This document shows, one piece after another, positions 49,913-63,389 of a stretch of DNA of 64,000 bases (within the stretch, counting starts at the first letter, position 1; each line of letters begins with the position of its first letter). The translations under genes and the position numbers were made by a program. The stretch comes from Chiloscyllium plagiosum (taxonomy: Eukaryota): positions 9,654,930 through 9,718,929 of the forward strand of contig NC_057720.1 in NCBI RefSeq assembly GCF_004010195.1, read 5' to 3'. The notes beneath the pieces were generated by a model. The model saw nothing but the letters and a program-made list of their open reading frames with translations. It did not search any database and was not told the DNA's origin.

Positions 49913-51022
49913 TCCCAGTCCTCTTTTAGATATTTTTCAGCCAGCTTTTGTTGTTTTTTGAAACTTTCCCAACCCTCTGATTTACAACTGGTCTTTGCCA
50001 CATGGTTTCTTTTTTGCTCAATTGGCTACGACTTCTTTGGTTTACCATGATTGGTTTCTCCCCCTTCTGAGAATCCCTCACTTTGATTAGTTTGTATATT
50101 TATTGTGAGTTGTAAACTATCTTCTCTATTCCTCAACTGTCTTTCCTTCTAAACCCTTTTCCCAGGCCGCTCCAGTTAACTCAGCCCTTGTCCCTCAGTA
50201 TTTGCCTTTATTTACATTACAAACAGTTGTTTCCAACCCAAGTATCTCACTCTCAAACTGAATGTTAAATTCCACCACGGTGTAGAATCATTGATTCATA
50301 GAGCTCTACAACACAGCGTAAAGACCCTTCCGCCCACCAGTAAAACATTAATTCTAAACTCATGTTATGGTCACTGTTTTCTAGGGGAGATTTTACTCTG
50401 GGACCATTGATTAAATGTGTCTCATGACGCATGGCCAGATCCAAAGTAGCCTGAGGTCTGAGTGGATCCATAATGCGTTGCTAGAGAATACTGTCCTGAA
50501 CTCATCCTCATGACACTTGCCAATCTGGTTTTGCCAATCTAAGTGAAGATTAAGGTCAGCCATGCTTAGTGCCCTGTCTTTGCTTGTGGGGTCAGTTTGC
50601 TCAGTTGGCCGGATGGCTGGTGCGGGAGCAAAAGGTCACCATGAAGGAAATGTTTACTCCCTTCCCACTGCTGGTGCCAGTGCCTGAAGGGGAAACCTGC
50701 TGTGCTGCTTTCTAACCCAAACATTCAGCTGCTTATCCGGGGCAATTAGGAATGGGCAATAATTTCTGGCCCAGACTGAATAGAAAAGTGATTTGATGAT
50801 CACATTAAAGGCTGTCAAATTACCCCTTTCTGTGTAAATGGCTGTGTTTACAATTGCTATGGTCTGTGCTTTGTTTGATAAATTATTTCACACTTAATAT
50901 TTTTATTAACTGTGAACGTTTCAAATACAACAGTTTTGAAATATAATTCACGATTTTTAAAAAATGGATAAAGAAAATGATGATAACCATGCATTGCACA
51001 TCTTCAGACATCGCCATTTCAC

Positions 51023-51322
51023 TGGCATGGTAGCTCCCCTTCAGCAATGTTGCCTCACAGTGTCAAGGACCCGGGTTCGATCCCACCCTTGGGCGACTGT
51101 CTCTGTGGAGTGTACGCATTCTTCCAGTGTCTGTGCAAGATTCCTCTGGGTGCTCCAGTTTCCTCCCACTGCTCAAAGATGTGCAGGGTAGATGAATTGG
51201 CCATGGAAAATTGCCCTATAGTGTTCAAGGATGTACAGGTTAGGTGGATTAGCCATGAGACATGCAGAGTTACAGGGATTGAGTGCGGGGGTTGGGTTTG
51301 GATGGGATGCTCTTCTGAGGGT
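51023..51322 (+). mobile_element. HE1-like V-SINE
   Basis: ggttcgatccc B box, core. Confidence 0.8.
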
Positions 51323-51800
51323 TGTTAGGGACTAGGCCAGAGCACTCAAAACATTCTTAAACAGGCAGCCCAGATTGTAACTTGGCAATTTGTTTTGGTA
51401 AGTGTACAGTGAAAATTCCCGGAGTAAGTTAACGAGGTTGATTACCAGGTTTTAAAACAGACAAAACGTTATTCACAAAATTACACCAAGAAACACATAG
51501 AACAGAATAAAAAAACCCTACAGAACTCAGTCCGTCTAAACTCGACTTAATTACGCTGTATTGATTATACACAACAGTCCCAATAAACAAACCCCTTAAA
51601 CACAGTAAAAATAAAACCAAAGCTTCCAGGTCGAAGTTAGAAGGGCAGAAGGAGAGAGAGTCAAGCAGCCTGTTTTCACACAGCCCCACAGCTGAACTCC
51701 CTAACTAGTTCTGGACTGAACTGCTCAGGTAGAGAGCTAGCCATGCCCCCTTGACTTGTACACTTTACTTCAAAAAACATAAAACCTTTGGCCTAACAAC
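51323..51800 (-). mobile_element. Truncated LTR, same family as 44677-45351
   Basis: tgttagggactaggccagagcactcaaaacattc is the reverse complement of the 45351 end. Confidence 0.7.
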
Positions 51801-52385
51801 TCACTGTGACTCTACTTTCAAGGAGCTATGAACCTGCACTCCAAGGTGTCTTTGTTCAGCAACACTCCCGAGGACCTTACCATTAAGTGTATAAGTCCTG
51901 CTCTGATTTGCCTTTCCAAAATGCTGCACCTCACATTTATCTAAATTAAACTCCATCTGCCACTCTTCAGCCCATTGACTCATCTGATCAAGATCCCATT
52001 GTACTCTAAGGTAACCTTCTTCACTGTTCACTACACCTCCAATTTTGGTGTCATCCTCAAACCTACTAACTATACATCCTATGTTCACACCCAAATCATT
52101 TATACAAATGATGAAAAGCAGTGGATAAAGCACCAATCTTTGTGGCACACCATTGGTCACAGGCCTCCAGTCTGGAAAGCAACCCTCTACTACTGCCCTT
52201 TGTCTTCAACCTTGAACCCAGTTCTGTATCCAAATAACTAGTTCTCCCTGTATTCCATGTGATCTAACCTTGCTAACTAGTCTACTATGATGAACCTTGT
52301 CAAATGCCATACTAAAGTCCATATAGATCAGGTCCACATCAATCCTCTTCATTACTTCTTCAAAAGCCTCAGTCAAGTGAAGATT
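51800..52385 (-). mobile_element. CR1 RT core fragment
   Basis: VDLIYMDFSMAFDKV; GVPQ..PLLFIICINDL..FEDDTKIGG. Confidence 0.9.
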
Positions 52386-52389
52386 TAAT

Positions 52390-53195
52390 TCTGAGGCCAT
52401 ATAAGGCTCTGGACAGGCCGCATTTGGAAAATTGTGAACAGTTTTGGTCCTCGTATCTAAGGAAGGATGTGCTGGCGTTGGATGGGATCCAGAGGCTGAA
52501 GAGCTTGTTGTATGAGAAGCGAGTCAGGGCTCTGGATCTGTGCTCAATGGACACAGAATGGATGCGATGAATTTGTTTGCACTTGTAGGTAAGACCAAGA
52601 CCCAACAGCACAGCCTCAGAGTAAAGGTTGCTCCTTTAGAACTGAGATGAGGAGGAATTTCTCCCGACAGAGAGTAGTGTATCTGTGGAACTCAGTGCTG
52701 CTGAAGGCTATGGAAGCCAAGTTATTGAGTGCATTTGAGACACAGATAGGTAGAACAAAGAACAAAGAACATTACAGCACAGGAAGAGGCCCTTCAGCCC
52801 TCCAAGCCTGCACTGATCCAGATCCTCTATCTAAATCTGTCGCTTATTTTCTAAGGATTTGTATCCCTCTGCTCCTTGCCTTTTAATGTACTTGTCTAGA
52901 TACATCTTAAATGATGCTACCATGCCTGCCTCTACCACCTCCACCAGCGTTCCAGGGACCCACCACTCTCTGCATAAAATCTTTCCATGCATACTCCCCT
53001 TAAACTTTTCATCTCCCACCTTGAATTTGTGACCCCCTAGTAACTGAGTCTCCCAGGTTCTTACCTAACAATGGATCAAGGGATAGGGCAGAAAGCAGGA
53101 GAATAGGGTTGAGAAACATATCAGCCATGGTGGAATGGTGGAGCAGACTCGATGGGCTGAATGGTCTAATGCTGTTCCTGTACCTTTTGCTCTTA
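52390..53195 (+). mobile_element. CR1 3' end with a nested opposite-strand CR1 tail (52752-53057)
   Basis: MRRNFSRQRVVYLWNSV; nested gaacaaagaacaaagaac tail. Confidence 0.75.
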
Positions 53196-53369
53196 TGATC
53201 TTTTGGAAGTGGAGTACTGGTCTCTTTGCTTTTAGGAGAGAAATGGAGAAACATAGTCAGAGAGAAAGGAAGGTTTCAAAATTCATTGAAGGAACCAAGA
53301 AACACCAACTGAAGCAGAGCTGCTTAACAGCTCGTCTTGTTGCTTTGGCTATGCTTGGCTGGGGTGTTC

Positions 53370-53745
53370 TTGTTGCTGAGTGAGCAGGTTGTGAGTTCAA
53401 GGCCCACTCCAGGGTTTAAATTCAAAATCAATGATAATCCTTTAGTATTGCGCTGAAGGGCTTTTGATTGTGATGCCTTTGAGGTAAGAAATTATAATGA
53501 GACCATCCTGACTCAGGATGTAAAAGATCCTGCTGCATTATTGAAAGTGGAAGAGTTCTCCAAGGCAACCTAACCAACACCATGCCCTTAGCCAGCAGCA
53601 GAAAATCTGTTAAACTGGTCACGTACCTGACTGTTGTGTGTGAATATCACTGCGTGCACGGAGTTTGGTGTGATATCCTGCACTTTTGGAATAATTTATA
53701 AAGCTCTATATCTGGATGGAAAAGACACCAAATCAATGCAAACAT
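53370..53745 (+). mobile_element. Decayed Deu-domain SINE
   Basis: ctgagtgagcaggttgtgagttcaaggcccactccag head; gatgtaaaagatcc..gagttctcc core. Confidence 0.5.
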
Positions 53746-54407
53746 TGCATTCCTTAACAAAAGGAAAAGGTGCTTAGGACAGAAATTTAAATATGATCAA
53801 TAACAGAGAGATTTAGACAAATGATCGATTTTCTGAGCTGCCCACTGCCTTTGAAACCCTCCCAACTTCCTATTTCTTCAGTCCCATTGCAACTAACACA
53901 CCACTTGGACAAGATGGAGAGGAAACAAATCCAGTCAGTCAGCAGGTTAAACCTATAGGGCTAGATCTTAACTTTACATCACACTTCCTAATTTTATTTA
54001 AATAAAATATTTTGCAATGAAGCCAACCCTATCCCAATATGTTTCAAGGAAAATACATTTATAGTTAACTGGCATAACGACCTCCAGCTGTAGCTGGTTA
54101 GCTGGTTTAAATTATGTTTCATTAAAACAAAGCACCAATCAATAGTGTGCCAAATAAAATACATCATCTGCTCGACATTATATAATCAACAGACAGTTCA
54201 CATGAAGAACTTTGCTTTGGGCAAAAAGGGGTTAATTAACTTATTAAACTGTAGAAAGTATGGAGGCAATTCAAACTACATTACCTAGGTACATTGTCCA
54301 CCTTCATGAGTGACTGTTCATGTAAAAATAAATAAAATTACACTTAGTCCCATCTCCATCTTGTTTTAAGTTGGGTCACTTCAAAGTTTTCTAACGAGTG
54401 ACACAAA

Positions 54408-54973
54408 GGGCTGAATCTTACCAGAAACCAGTAAAGTGTTATTTTTGGCTGAAGGTTATTCTCTGCAAGGCTTAGTGAGTTTACTTTGCTAAACCTGGCT
54501 ATATGCACTACGCTTCTGTAATGTCCCACTCACCACATTCTTTCTCTCACCAAAGGCAGAAGTATTAGCCACTGCCAGCACTTCCCAGGATTCCTGTTGC
54601 GGGTGCCATTTTTAAAACCTAGCCTTGCATGTGTTCAAACATCTATCCTTCACGGTTCCCATCGATTGTCTCAGAGATATGGAAATGGGAACCCCACTTT
54701 AAAATGGCTCCTGCTAGGGTAAAGGTGTGTATGGTCACTGTCCTGAAATATTGGTGACTGGTGTCCAAGATGGAGGCTGGAAGGAGCAAGCTGCAAGCTG
54801 GGGTTGCTCGATAACCACACCGACTTTCATGTTGGGAATTGTGCCTGTCCACGGTGAATGGGAGAATGGGAAACTGCTTATCAATGTGGCAAAATGAGAG
54901 AATAATGAGGGTGTGAATGCATGCTAATGAATGGAAATAGGCCTTTCATGGCTGTCTGGTGAGAATTTCACTT
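54408..54973. mobile_element. Old non-autonomous PIF/Harbinger-like element
   Basis: Imperfect TIRs gggctgaatcttaccag / ctggtgagaatttcac; internal inverted gccatttttaaa / tttaaaatggc. Confidence 0.4.
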
Positions 54974-56319
54974 CTTCTTCCAATATTGGACACAAAAATG
55001 GGACTTCTTGCTCCTGACAGCAGGAACCTCCTCACTGCCAATCTCACGCAATTCTTCCACTTCCTCACCATTGCCCACCCCGGTCATTGGCTGTTCTCTT
55101 TCCACAGATGCCACTGAGTATTTTGCAGCACTTTGCACTTTTATATCATTTACATCTGGGCTTTATTGGCTTAGCTCTTCTATATTGTTACTGTGCACAA
55201 GTTGCCTGTACTTTTCCCATATCCCAACAGTAATTCACAACTGAAAATACCACACAAGCTGTAAATCACAAGTGGATGTCCTTGGAACATTTTGAGTGGG
55301 GTGGGGGTTTAGAAAGGCAAATTAAATGAAAATTTGTGATTTTTAATTCACCACCAAGTGATTAATTCAGCCCATCATACCGATGGTGCGGGGTGAGAAG
55401 CGAATAAAGTTTTCATAGCCACACACAAACAGAAATAGTTACTGTTATCTAAATTTCATTTGCTGACCAATTACTTGGCAGAAAACATAGAGGCAGTGAA
55501 TCCACCCATCTACTGTTCCCACATGGAGAACAGGCCAGATTTTGTGCTTTGGAACCCACAGGCAGTCAAACCTAATGTAATTACAAAAGGTAGAGTTATT
55601 TCATGCCTTATCTTGAAAAGCACATGTTTTGAGAATGTTTTCAAAGCTGTTATCACAGAACACAAACCTGGAAAAACACCGAAACACATTTCCAACCACC
55701 CTATAGAAATACTGCTGAATGTTGATGATGATATCAAAGTATTTCCAGCTGCAGATTATAGTCTGGGTTGCTCTCCTGTGCAGTATGGGGTTAATAAGTA
55801 CGGTTTTCCCCTCTTTGTGATAATATGTAATTTATTCAAAGCACAGTGAGCTGCCATTTCCAACAAAGCATTCAAATGTTACTGAATAGGAAACTTTCTG
55901 AACTAAAATATATTCTTTCCCCTGTATTTAAAAAAAGACCTTTCAGAATCCAAATGCTGTTTGATATACAGTGCTGTTTACATACATGATGTGGAATCAT
56001 CCCAGTTTGTTAATCACAGCACATTTTGCTTGGCTACCCATATACCACCTGAGGCAATTTCTAAATGTATCTAAACTTCTCCTGCCTAACTTGCACTGAA
56101 TCCCATTGCTCTGTCACCCCTGTGATTGCTGACTGATACTGGTTCCTGGTCCACCAACATCTCCAGCCTAAAAAATTTCATCCTTAGCTTCAAAATTCTC
56201 TATGATCACACTCTCCCCTATCTCTGTGATTTCTTCCAGTCATTCAACTCTTAGGTATCTCTATACTCCTCCCAATCTGGCAGTTCAGGTTTTAATGCCT
56301 CCATTCTACCTTCAGTCGT

Positions 56320-56652
56320 TGGGTAGCATAATGGCTCAGTGATTAGCACTGATGCCTTACTGAGCTAGGGACTCTGGTTCGATTCCACTCTTGGGTGACT
56401 GTCTGGGTGGAATTTGCATATTCTCCCTGTGTCTGTGTGTGGGTTTTCTCCAGTTTCCTCCATAAGCCAAGGGTGTATAACTTGGGTGGATTGATCATGC
56501 TAAATTGCCCCATACTGCCCAGGGATAGTCGAGGTGGATTAGCCTTGGGAAATACAGGGCTAGAGTGGCGGATCTGAGTTTGGTGCTCTTCGGAGGTTCA
56601 GTGTGGGGTTGATGGGCCAAATGGCCTTCTTCCACAATGTAGGGATTCTATG
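56320..56652 (+). mobile_element. HE1-like V-SINE (diverged)
   Basis: tggctcagtgattagca, ggttcgattcc, tail tgtagggattctatga. Confidence 0.8.
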
Positions 56653-57070
56653 AAATCGTGGGTTCTCAAATTGTAGTTTTCGGTATGTCCTTGTACAGAG
56701 TTGGAGGAGCAGAGAGGTAATGGTGAAGGGAACGTGAGGCACTTCCAAGCAAGAACATACAAGCAACCAACAGTGTACCCTCTCACACTGGTTTATTTTC
56801 TTCTATTTCTCTGTAACTGCTCTTTTTTTAATTCTACTTAACTATGACTCCAAATATATGTCTATCCTCAAATGCACAATCTCACCAAGGGTGATGGTGA
56901 CATGGTGGCAATGTCACTGGATCAGCAATTTGTGAGTTCAACTGCTACCAAAGCAGCTTGTGAAAGTTGAGATTTTCTTGTTGTACGACGGTAATATCTC
57001 TCTTCAGCACCTACTGGCTGCAGATGAGCATCACAATCTGTCTGGTCAGGTTGATGAGAAATGTCTACAG

Positions 57071-57682
57071 GGAGAAAGTGAGGACTGCAGATGCTGGGGA
57101 TCAGAGCTTAAAAATGTGTTGCTGGAAAAGCGCAGCAGGTCAGGCAGCATCAAAGGAGAAGGAGAATCNNNNNNNNNNNNNNNNNNNNNNNNNNNNNNNN
57201 NNNNNNNNNNNNNNNNNNNNNNNNNNNNNNNNNNNNNNNNNNNNNNNNNNNNNNNNNNNNNNNNNNNNNNNNNNNNNNNNNNNNNNNNNNNNNNNNNNNN
57301 NNNNNNNNNNNNNNNNNNNNNNNNNNNNNNNNNNNNNNNNNNNNNNNNNNNNNNNNNNNNNNNNNNNNNNNNNNNNNNNNNNNNNNNNNNNNNNNNNNNN
57401 NNNNNNNNNNNNNNNNNNNNNNNNNNNNNNNNNNNNNNNNNNNNNNNNNNNNNNNNNNNNNNNNNNNNNNNNNNNNNNNNNNNNNNNNNNNNNNNNNNNN
57501 NNNNNNNNNNNNNNNNNNNTCTATCGCATTCCCAACACCCCTCCCCCAAGTCCCTCTTCCCTACCTTTTATCTTAGCCTGCTTGGCACACCCTTCTCATT
57601 CCTGAAGAAGGGCTTATGCCCGAAACGTCGATTCTCCTTCTCCTTTGACCTGCTGCGCTTTTCCAGCAACACATTTTTAAGC
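57071..57682. mobile_element. Palindromic PLE family A element spanning a gap; intact hammerhead core at 57598-57633
   Basis: TSD tgagaaatgtctacag; attc-CTGAAGA-a-gggc-ttat-gccc-GAAA-cgtc-gatt. Confidence 0.85.
57169..57519. other. Assembly gap
   Basis: Run of N. Confidence 1.
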
Positions 57683-57698
57683 TGAGAAATGTCTACAG

Positions 57699-57920
57699 TC
57701 AAGAGTGTGCTGCTGGAAGGCACAGCTGGTCAGACAGCATCCGAGGAGCAGGAAAATCGACGTTTCGGGCCAAAATCCTTCATCAGGAATGAGGCTGATG
57801 AAGGGCTCCGGCCTGAAACGTCGATTCTCCTGCTTCTCGGATACTGCATGACCTGCTGTACTTTTCCAGCACCACATTCTTGACTCTAATCTCCAGCATC
57901 TTCAGTATTCACTTTCACCT
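57699..57920. mobile_element. Second palindromic PLE family A element
   Basis: Inverted arms, CTGATGA-a-gggc-tccg-gcct-GAAACGTC near 57795-57825, flanked by agaaatgtctaca. Confidence 0.85.
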
Positions 57921-58421
57921 AGAAATGTCTACACCCTTACCCATTGCAATTCATGGTCAGTGCTCAGTAAGTTAATTTAATATGTGGGTCTTCCCCAGAC
58001 AGTAGTGGATGTTGAATCATTGAATTCATCCAAAGCTGAGTTGGAGAGATTTCTCATAGACAAGGGAGTGGACAGTCAAGGGGAACAGAGGCAGGAAAGT
58101 GGATTTGATGCAGCAGACTTAAACAGATAAATGATCCACCCCTGATCCTAAGATGCTAGATTGGTGTTTTTCTGTAATTTATATATTTTGTACAGTGCTT
58201 GAGTGTGAAGTGGATTGAAGTAGATATCTGTACGCTGCTACAGGGCCATCGACTGGTAGATCTGTTTGGGAGATGCAGTATGTCATGTCTGTGTATCTCT
58301 CGTCTTGACCCTATGCTCTGAAATTCCCTTCCAAAACTTCTCTCCCTCTGATCCTTCTTTAAGATACTCAAGAGCATACCTCTCCGAGCAAGAATTTGAT
58401 TACCTGGCGTGATATCTCCTC

Positions 58422-58567
58422 AGGTAAAAACAGGAGATTTATCTCTCCACTCTGCAGGCACCCTGCCTCATTCCTGAAGATGGACTTTTGCCTGAAATGT
58501 CGACTGTCCTGCTCCTCGGACGCTGCCTGACCTGCTGTGCTTTTCCAGCACCACTCTAATCTAGACT
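58422..58567 (+). mobile_element. PLE family A fragment
   Basis: 13-bp TSD gtgatatctcctc; decayed hammerhead ctgaagatggacttttgcctgaaatgtc. Confidence 0.8.
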
Positions 58568-58709
58568 GTGATATCTCCTCGTATGCCTGAGCATTAAATT
58601 TCCTCTAATAACACAGATTTGAAATGCCTGGCGATGTGTCTCTGTAGAGAGATATCAGTATAGTTGCAATGTTACTGGACTGACAATGACACCAAAGATC
58701 AATGTCATT

Positions 58710-59065
58710 TCACTGGAGGGAGTGCAGAGGGAATTCACCAGGATGTTGCCTGGGATGGAGAATTTCAGCAATGAAGAGAGGCTGGATAGCTTGGGTTGTT
58801 TTATTTGGAACAGAAAATGTTGAGGAGGGACTAGATAGAGGTGTGTAAGATTATGAGGGATATGGGCAGGGTAGATAGAAAACAGTTATTCCCTTTGATG
58901 AAGTGTCAATAATAAAGGGACATAATTTTGAGGTGAAAGGCAAGGATTTGAGGAAACATTTATTCACCCAGAAATCTGGAATGTACTGGCTGGGAGGGTA
59001 GTTGAGGCCAGAAACCTTTAAAAGGTACTTAAATGAGCACATGAAATGCCACAACCTTCAAGGCT
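58710..59065 (+). mobile_element. CR1 3' end
   Basis: ctggagggagtgcagaggaattcaccaggatgttgcctggg. Confidence 0.8.
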
Positions 59066-59069
59066 ATAA

Positions 59070-62000
59070 ATTAAACTGCATTTATTTCAATGCAAGGGGC
59101 CTAACAGGGAAGGCAGATGAACTCAGGGCATATTAGGAACTTGGGATTGGGATATCATAGCAATTACAGAAACATGGCTCAGGGATGGGCAGGACTGGCA
59201 GCTTAATGTTCCAGGATACAAATGCTACAGGAAGGATAGAAAGGGAGGCAAGAGAGGAGGGGGAGTTGCATTCTTGATAAGGGATAGCATTACAGCTGTA
59301 CTGAGGGAGGATATTCCCGGAAATACATCCAGGGAAGTTATTTGGGTAGAACTGAGAAATAAGAAAAGGATCATCACCTTATTGGGATTGTATTATAGAC
59401 CCCAAATAGTCAGAGGGAAATTGAGAATCAAATTTGTAAGGAGATCTCAGTTACCTCTAAGAATAATAGGGCGGTTATGGTAGGGGATTTTAACTTTCCA
59501 AACATAGACTGGGACTACCATAGTGTTAAGGGTTTAGATGGAGAGGAATTTATTAAGCATGTACAAGAAAGGTTTCTGATTCAGTATGTGGATGTACCTA
59601 CTGGAGAAAGTGCAAAACAACTCTTGGGAAATAAGGCAGGGCAGGTGACTGAGGTGTCAGTGGGGGAGCACTTTGGAGCCAGCGACCATAATTCTATTCG
59701 TTTTAAAATAGTGATGGAAAAGGATAGACAGATCTAAAAGTTGAAGTTCTAAATTGGAGAAAGGCCAATTTTGACGGAATTAGGTAAGAACTTTCGAAAG
59801 CAAATTGGAGGCAGATGTTTGCAGGTAAAGGGACAGCTGGAAAATGGGAAGCCTTCAGAAATGAGATAACAAGAATCCAGAGAAAGTATATTCCTGTTAG
59901 GGTGAAAGAGAAGGCTGGTAGGTATAGGGAATGCTGGATGACTAAAGAAATTGAGGGTTTGGTTCAGAAAAAGAAGGAAGCGTATGTCAGGTATAGACAG
60001 GATAGATCGAGTGAATCCTTAGAAGAGTATAAAGGCAGTAGGAGTATACTTAAGAGAGAAATCAGGGCAAAAAGGGGACATGAGATGTCTTTGGCAAATA
60101 GAGTTAAGGAGAATCCAAAGGGTTTTTACAAATATATTAAGAACAAAAGGGGAACTAGGGAGAAAATAGGGCCCCTCAAAAATCAGCCAGGTGGCCTTTG
60201 TGTGGAGCTGCAGGAGATGGGGGAGACACCAAAATAGTATTTCACATCAGTATTTACTGTGGAAAAGGACATGGAAGATATAGAATGCCAGGAAATAGAT
60301 GGTGACATCTTGCAAAATGCCCATATTACAGAGGAGGAAGTGCTGGATGTCTTGAAACACATAAAAGTGAATAAATCCCCAGGACTTGATCAGGTGTACC
60401 CTCGAACTCTGTGGGAAGCTAGAGAAGTGATTGCTGGGCTCTTGCTGCGATATTTGTATCATCGATAGTCACAGTTGAAGTGTCGGAAGACTGGAGATTG
60501 GCAAATGTGATGCCACTGTTTAAGAAGAGTGGTAAGGACAAGCCAGGGAACTATAGACCAGTGAGCCTGACGTCGGTGGTGGGCAAGTTGTTGGAGGGAA
60601 TCTTGCGGGACAGGATGTGCGTGTATTGAGGCCAGGACTGATTAGGGATAGTCAACATAGCTTTGTGCGTGGAAAATCATGTCTCATGAAATTAATTGAG
60701 TTGTTTGAAGATGTAACAAAGAGGATTGATGAGGGCAGAACGGTAGATGTGATCTATATGGACTTCAGTAAGGTGTTCGACAAGGTCCCCTATGAAAGAT
60801 TGGTTAGCAAGGTTAGATCTCACGGAATACAGGGAGAACTAGCCATTTTATACAGAACTGGCTCAAACGTAGAAGACAGAGGGTGGTGGTGGAAGTTTGT
60901 TTTTCAGACTGGAGGCCTGTGACCAGTGGAGTGCCACAAGGATCAGTGCTGGGTCTACTATACTTCATTATTTATATAAATTATTTGGGTGTGAGCATAT
61001 GAGATATAGTTAGTAAGTTTGCAGATGACACCAAAATTGGAGGTGTAGTGGACAGCGAAGAAGGTTACCTCAGATTACAACTGGATCTGGACCAGATGGG
61101 CCAATGGGCTGAGAAGTGGCAGATGGAGTTTAATTCAGATAAATGCGAGGTGCTGCATTTTGGGAAAGCAAACCTTAGCAGGACTTATACACTTAATGGT
61201 AAGGTCCTAGGGAGTGTTGCTGAACAAAGAGACCTTGGAGTGTAGGTTCATAGCTCCTTGAAAGTGGAGTTGCAGGTAGATAGGATAGTGAATGCGGCGT
61301 TTGATATGCTTTCCTTTATTGGTCAGTGCATTGAGTACAGGAGTTGGGAGGTCATGTTGCAGCTGTACAGGACATTGATTAGAAAACTTTTGGAATGCTG
61401 TGTGCAATTTTGGCCTCCTTCCTTTCGGATTCAAAAAAGATTTACAAGGATGTTGCCAGGGTTGGAGGATTTGAGCTATAGGGAGAGGTTGAATAGGCTA
61501 GGACTGTTTTCACTGGAGCGTCGGAGGATGAGGGGGTGACCTTGTAGAGGTTTATAAAATCATGAGGGCATGGATAGGATAAATAGGCATGGTCTTTTCC
61601 CTGGGGTGGGGAGTCCAGAACTAGAGGGCATAGGTTTAGGGTGAGAGGGGAAAGTATAAAAGAGACCTCGGGGGCATGCAGAGGGTGGTATGTGTATGGA
61701 ATGGGCTGCCATAGGAAGTGGTGGAGGCTGGTACAATTGCAGCATTTAAAAGGCATCTGTATGGGTATATGAATAGGAAGGGTTTGGAGGGACATAGAGG
61801 GTTGACTTTGCCGTCAGGTAAAGAGAGGCATTAGGAATCAGATTTTCAATCTTGGTGATTATATTTCACATTGCCTATTCCTTTGATACCTCCTGATCCC
61901 TCTATCCCAATGCTGAGCTGGTCAGTTCTCCCTTTTGAAATCACCAGCTCCTCGACAATGTGGCTGCCCATTATTCTAAATTGCTTTTGGAGGGTGCTGG

Positions 62001-62100
62001 CAAGTGGGATTAGGTTGGGTTGAGTTATCTGGTCGGCATGGAATGGGTTGGACTGAAGAGACTGTTTCAGTGCTGTACATATCTATGACTCTGATTCTAT
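59070..62100 (+). pseudogene. Near-complete CR1 ORF2 (APE endonuclease + RT) with stops and frameshifts, plus 3' tail
   Basis: CIYFNARGL..IAITETWL..RGGGVA; GDFNFPNIDW; SDHN; KSPGLD; DVIYMDFSKVFDKV; GVPQGSVLG; KFADDTK near 61015. Confidence 0.95.
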
Positions 62101-62779
62101 GGGACAAGTGCTGGAAAATGGGATAAGTGGAGATTTAACATGGTTTTATCAGCGCGGACTCAATGGGCAAAGGGCTGATTCTAGGCCCAGGCTCATGAAG
62201 GAGAGGGGACAGGGAGGGATCCAAATCCTGCCATGACAGGTAAAGGAATCCAGAACAAAATCTGGTATTGAAAGTCAGTCTCAGTCATAATAAAATGATT
62301 ATGTGGAGGTACTGGTGTTGGACTGGGTTGGACAAAGTCAGAAGTCACATGACATCAGGTTGTAGCCTCACAGGTTCATTTGAAATCACAAGTTTTCAAT
62401 GTGCTGCTCCTTCGTCAGGTGACCTGACAAAGGAGCAGCGCTCCAAAAGCTTGCGATTTCAAATAAACCTGCTGGGCTAGAACATGGTGTCGTGTGACTT
62501 CTGACATGCAACGATTGAGAGTTTTAAAATCTAAGGAGTTGTTGGACTGGCAGTCACTACACGTCACTGAGAGCAGTGGTGAAAGGACTTGGAGCAATTT
62601 AGAATAATGGGCAGCCACATTGTCGAGGAGCTGGTGATTTCAAAAGGGAGAACTGACAAGCTCAGCATTGGGATAGAGGGATCAGGAGGTAACAAAGGAA
62701 TAGGCAATGTGAAATATAATCACCAAGATTGAAAATCTGATTCCTAATGCCTCTCTTTACCTGACGGCAAAGTCAACCC
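61799..62779. repeat. 187-bp inverted repeat pair (61799-61985 / 62593-62779)
   Basis: Arms are reverse complements with two mismatches seen by eye. Confidence 0.9.
62305..62505. mobile_element. Palindromic PLE-like element (family C) with two decayed hammerhead motifs
   Basis: Arms gtcagaagtcac..tttgaaatc / gatttcaaa..gtgacttctgac; arm consensus cac-CTGACGA-a-ggagc-agc-gctcc-GAAA-gctt-gtg. Confidence 0.7.
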
Positions 62780-63389
62780 ACTTAACTGGGAAAAAAAACG
62801 CGCAAAGCTTATCTCACAATTGCATGACCAAGGAACCAGCATAACTTAACGTCAAGACTCATTTAGTGAATCATTTGTCAGCTCCCTAAATCATTTTCAG
62901 CTATTTACATAGAATTCGTTGAGATTATTCACAATAGCTTCAGCAATATTAGTTCATTCCATAAAAGGAGCCCAAAGCTACTGGGGTGGGGGAAGAATCG
63001 AGGACGGAGCAGCTGACAATCCTGCAATCCCCACAGCCCTGCTTTCCAAGTGGCTGGTGAGGTTAGATATGAGACAGAGGTCAAAGAGATGGCGTTCCAA
63101 TTGGAGAATAGCTATTTGAAGCAATTTTCGCATTTGCATTCCGAGTATTGGCCGTATTATTGAAATGGAGGTGGAAACGCGTAGAATTTGTCGAACATGA
63201 ATCTGAGTCATTCAATGAGGGTATTGGAAACTGTCTTCCTATTATTGCTTTCCTTTGGAGCAACGAATAAATATAAGGAAGAATGATTAATGATGTCGGA
63301 CCCAGTTGCGAGCATCACAGACTCGCGTCTTCTATTATTTTTGTAAACATGTCAAACTCCATTTAGCAAATAAGCAGAAGAAAATGTCG

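Noticed and set aside
55460..55849. 129-aa ORF in non-repeat sequence
   Set aside because: Non-ATG start, no recognisable domain and no convincing splice-site pair; compatible with chance.
61799..62779. DNA transposon with 187-bp TIRs
   Set aside because: The CR1 tail continues colinearly inside the putative element and no TSD flanks the outer ends; reinterpreted as a local inverted duplication.
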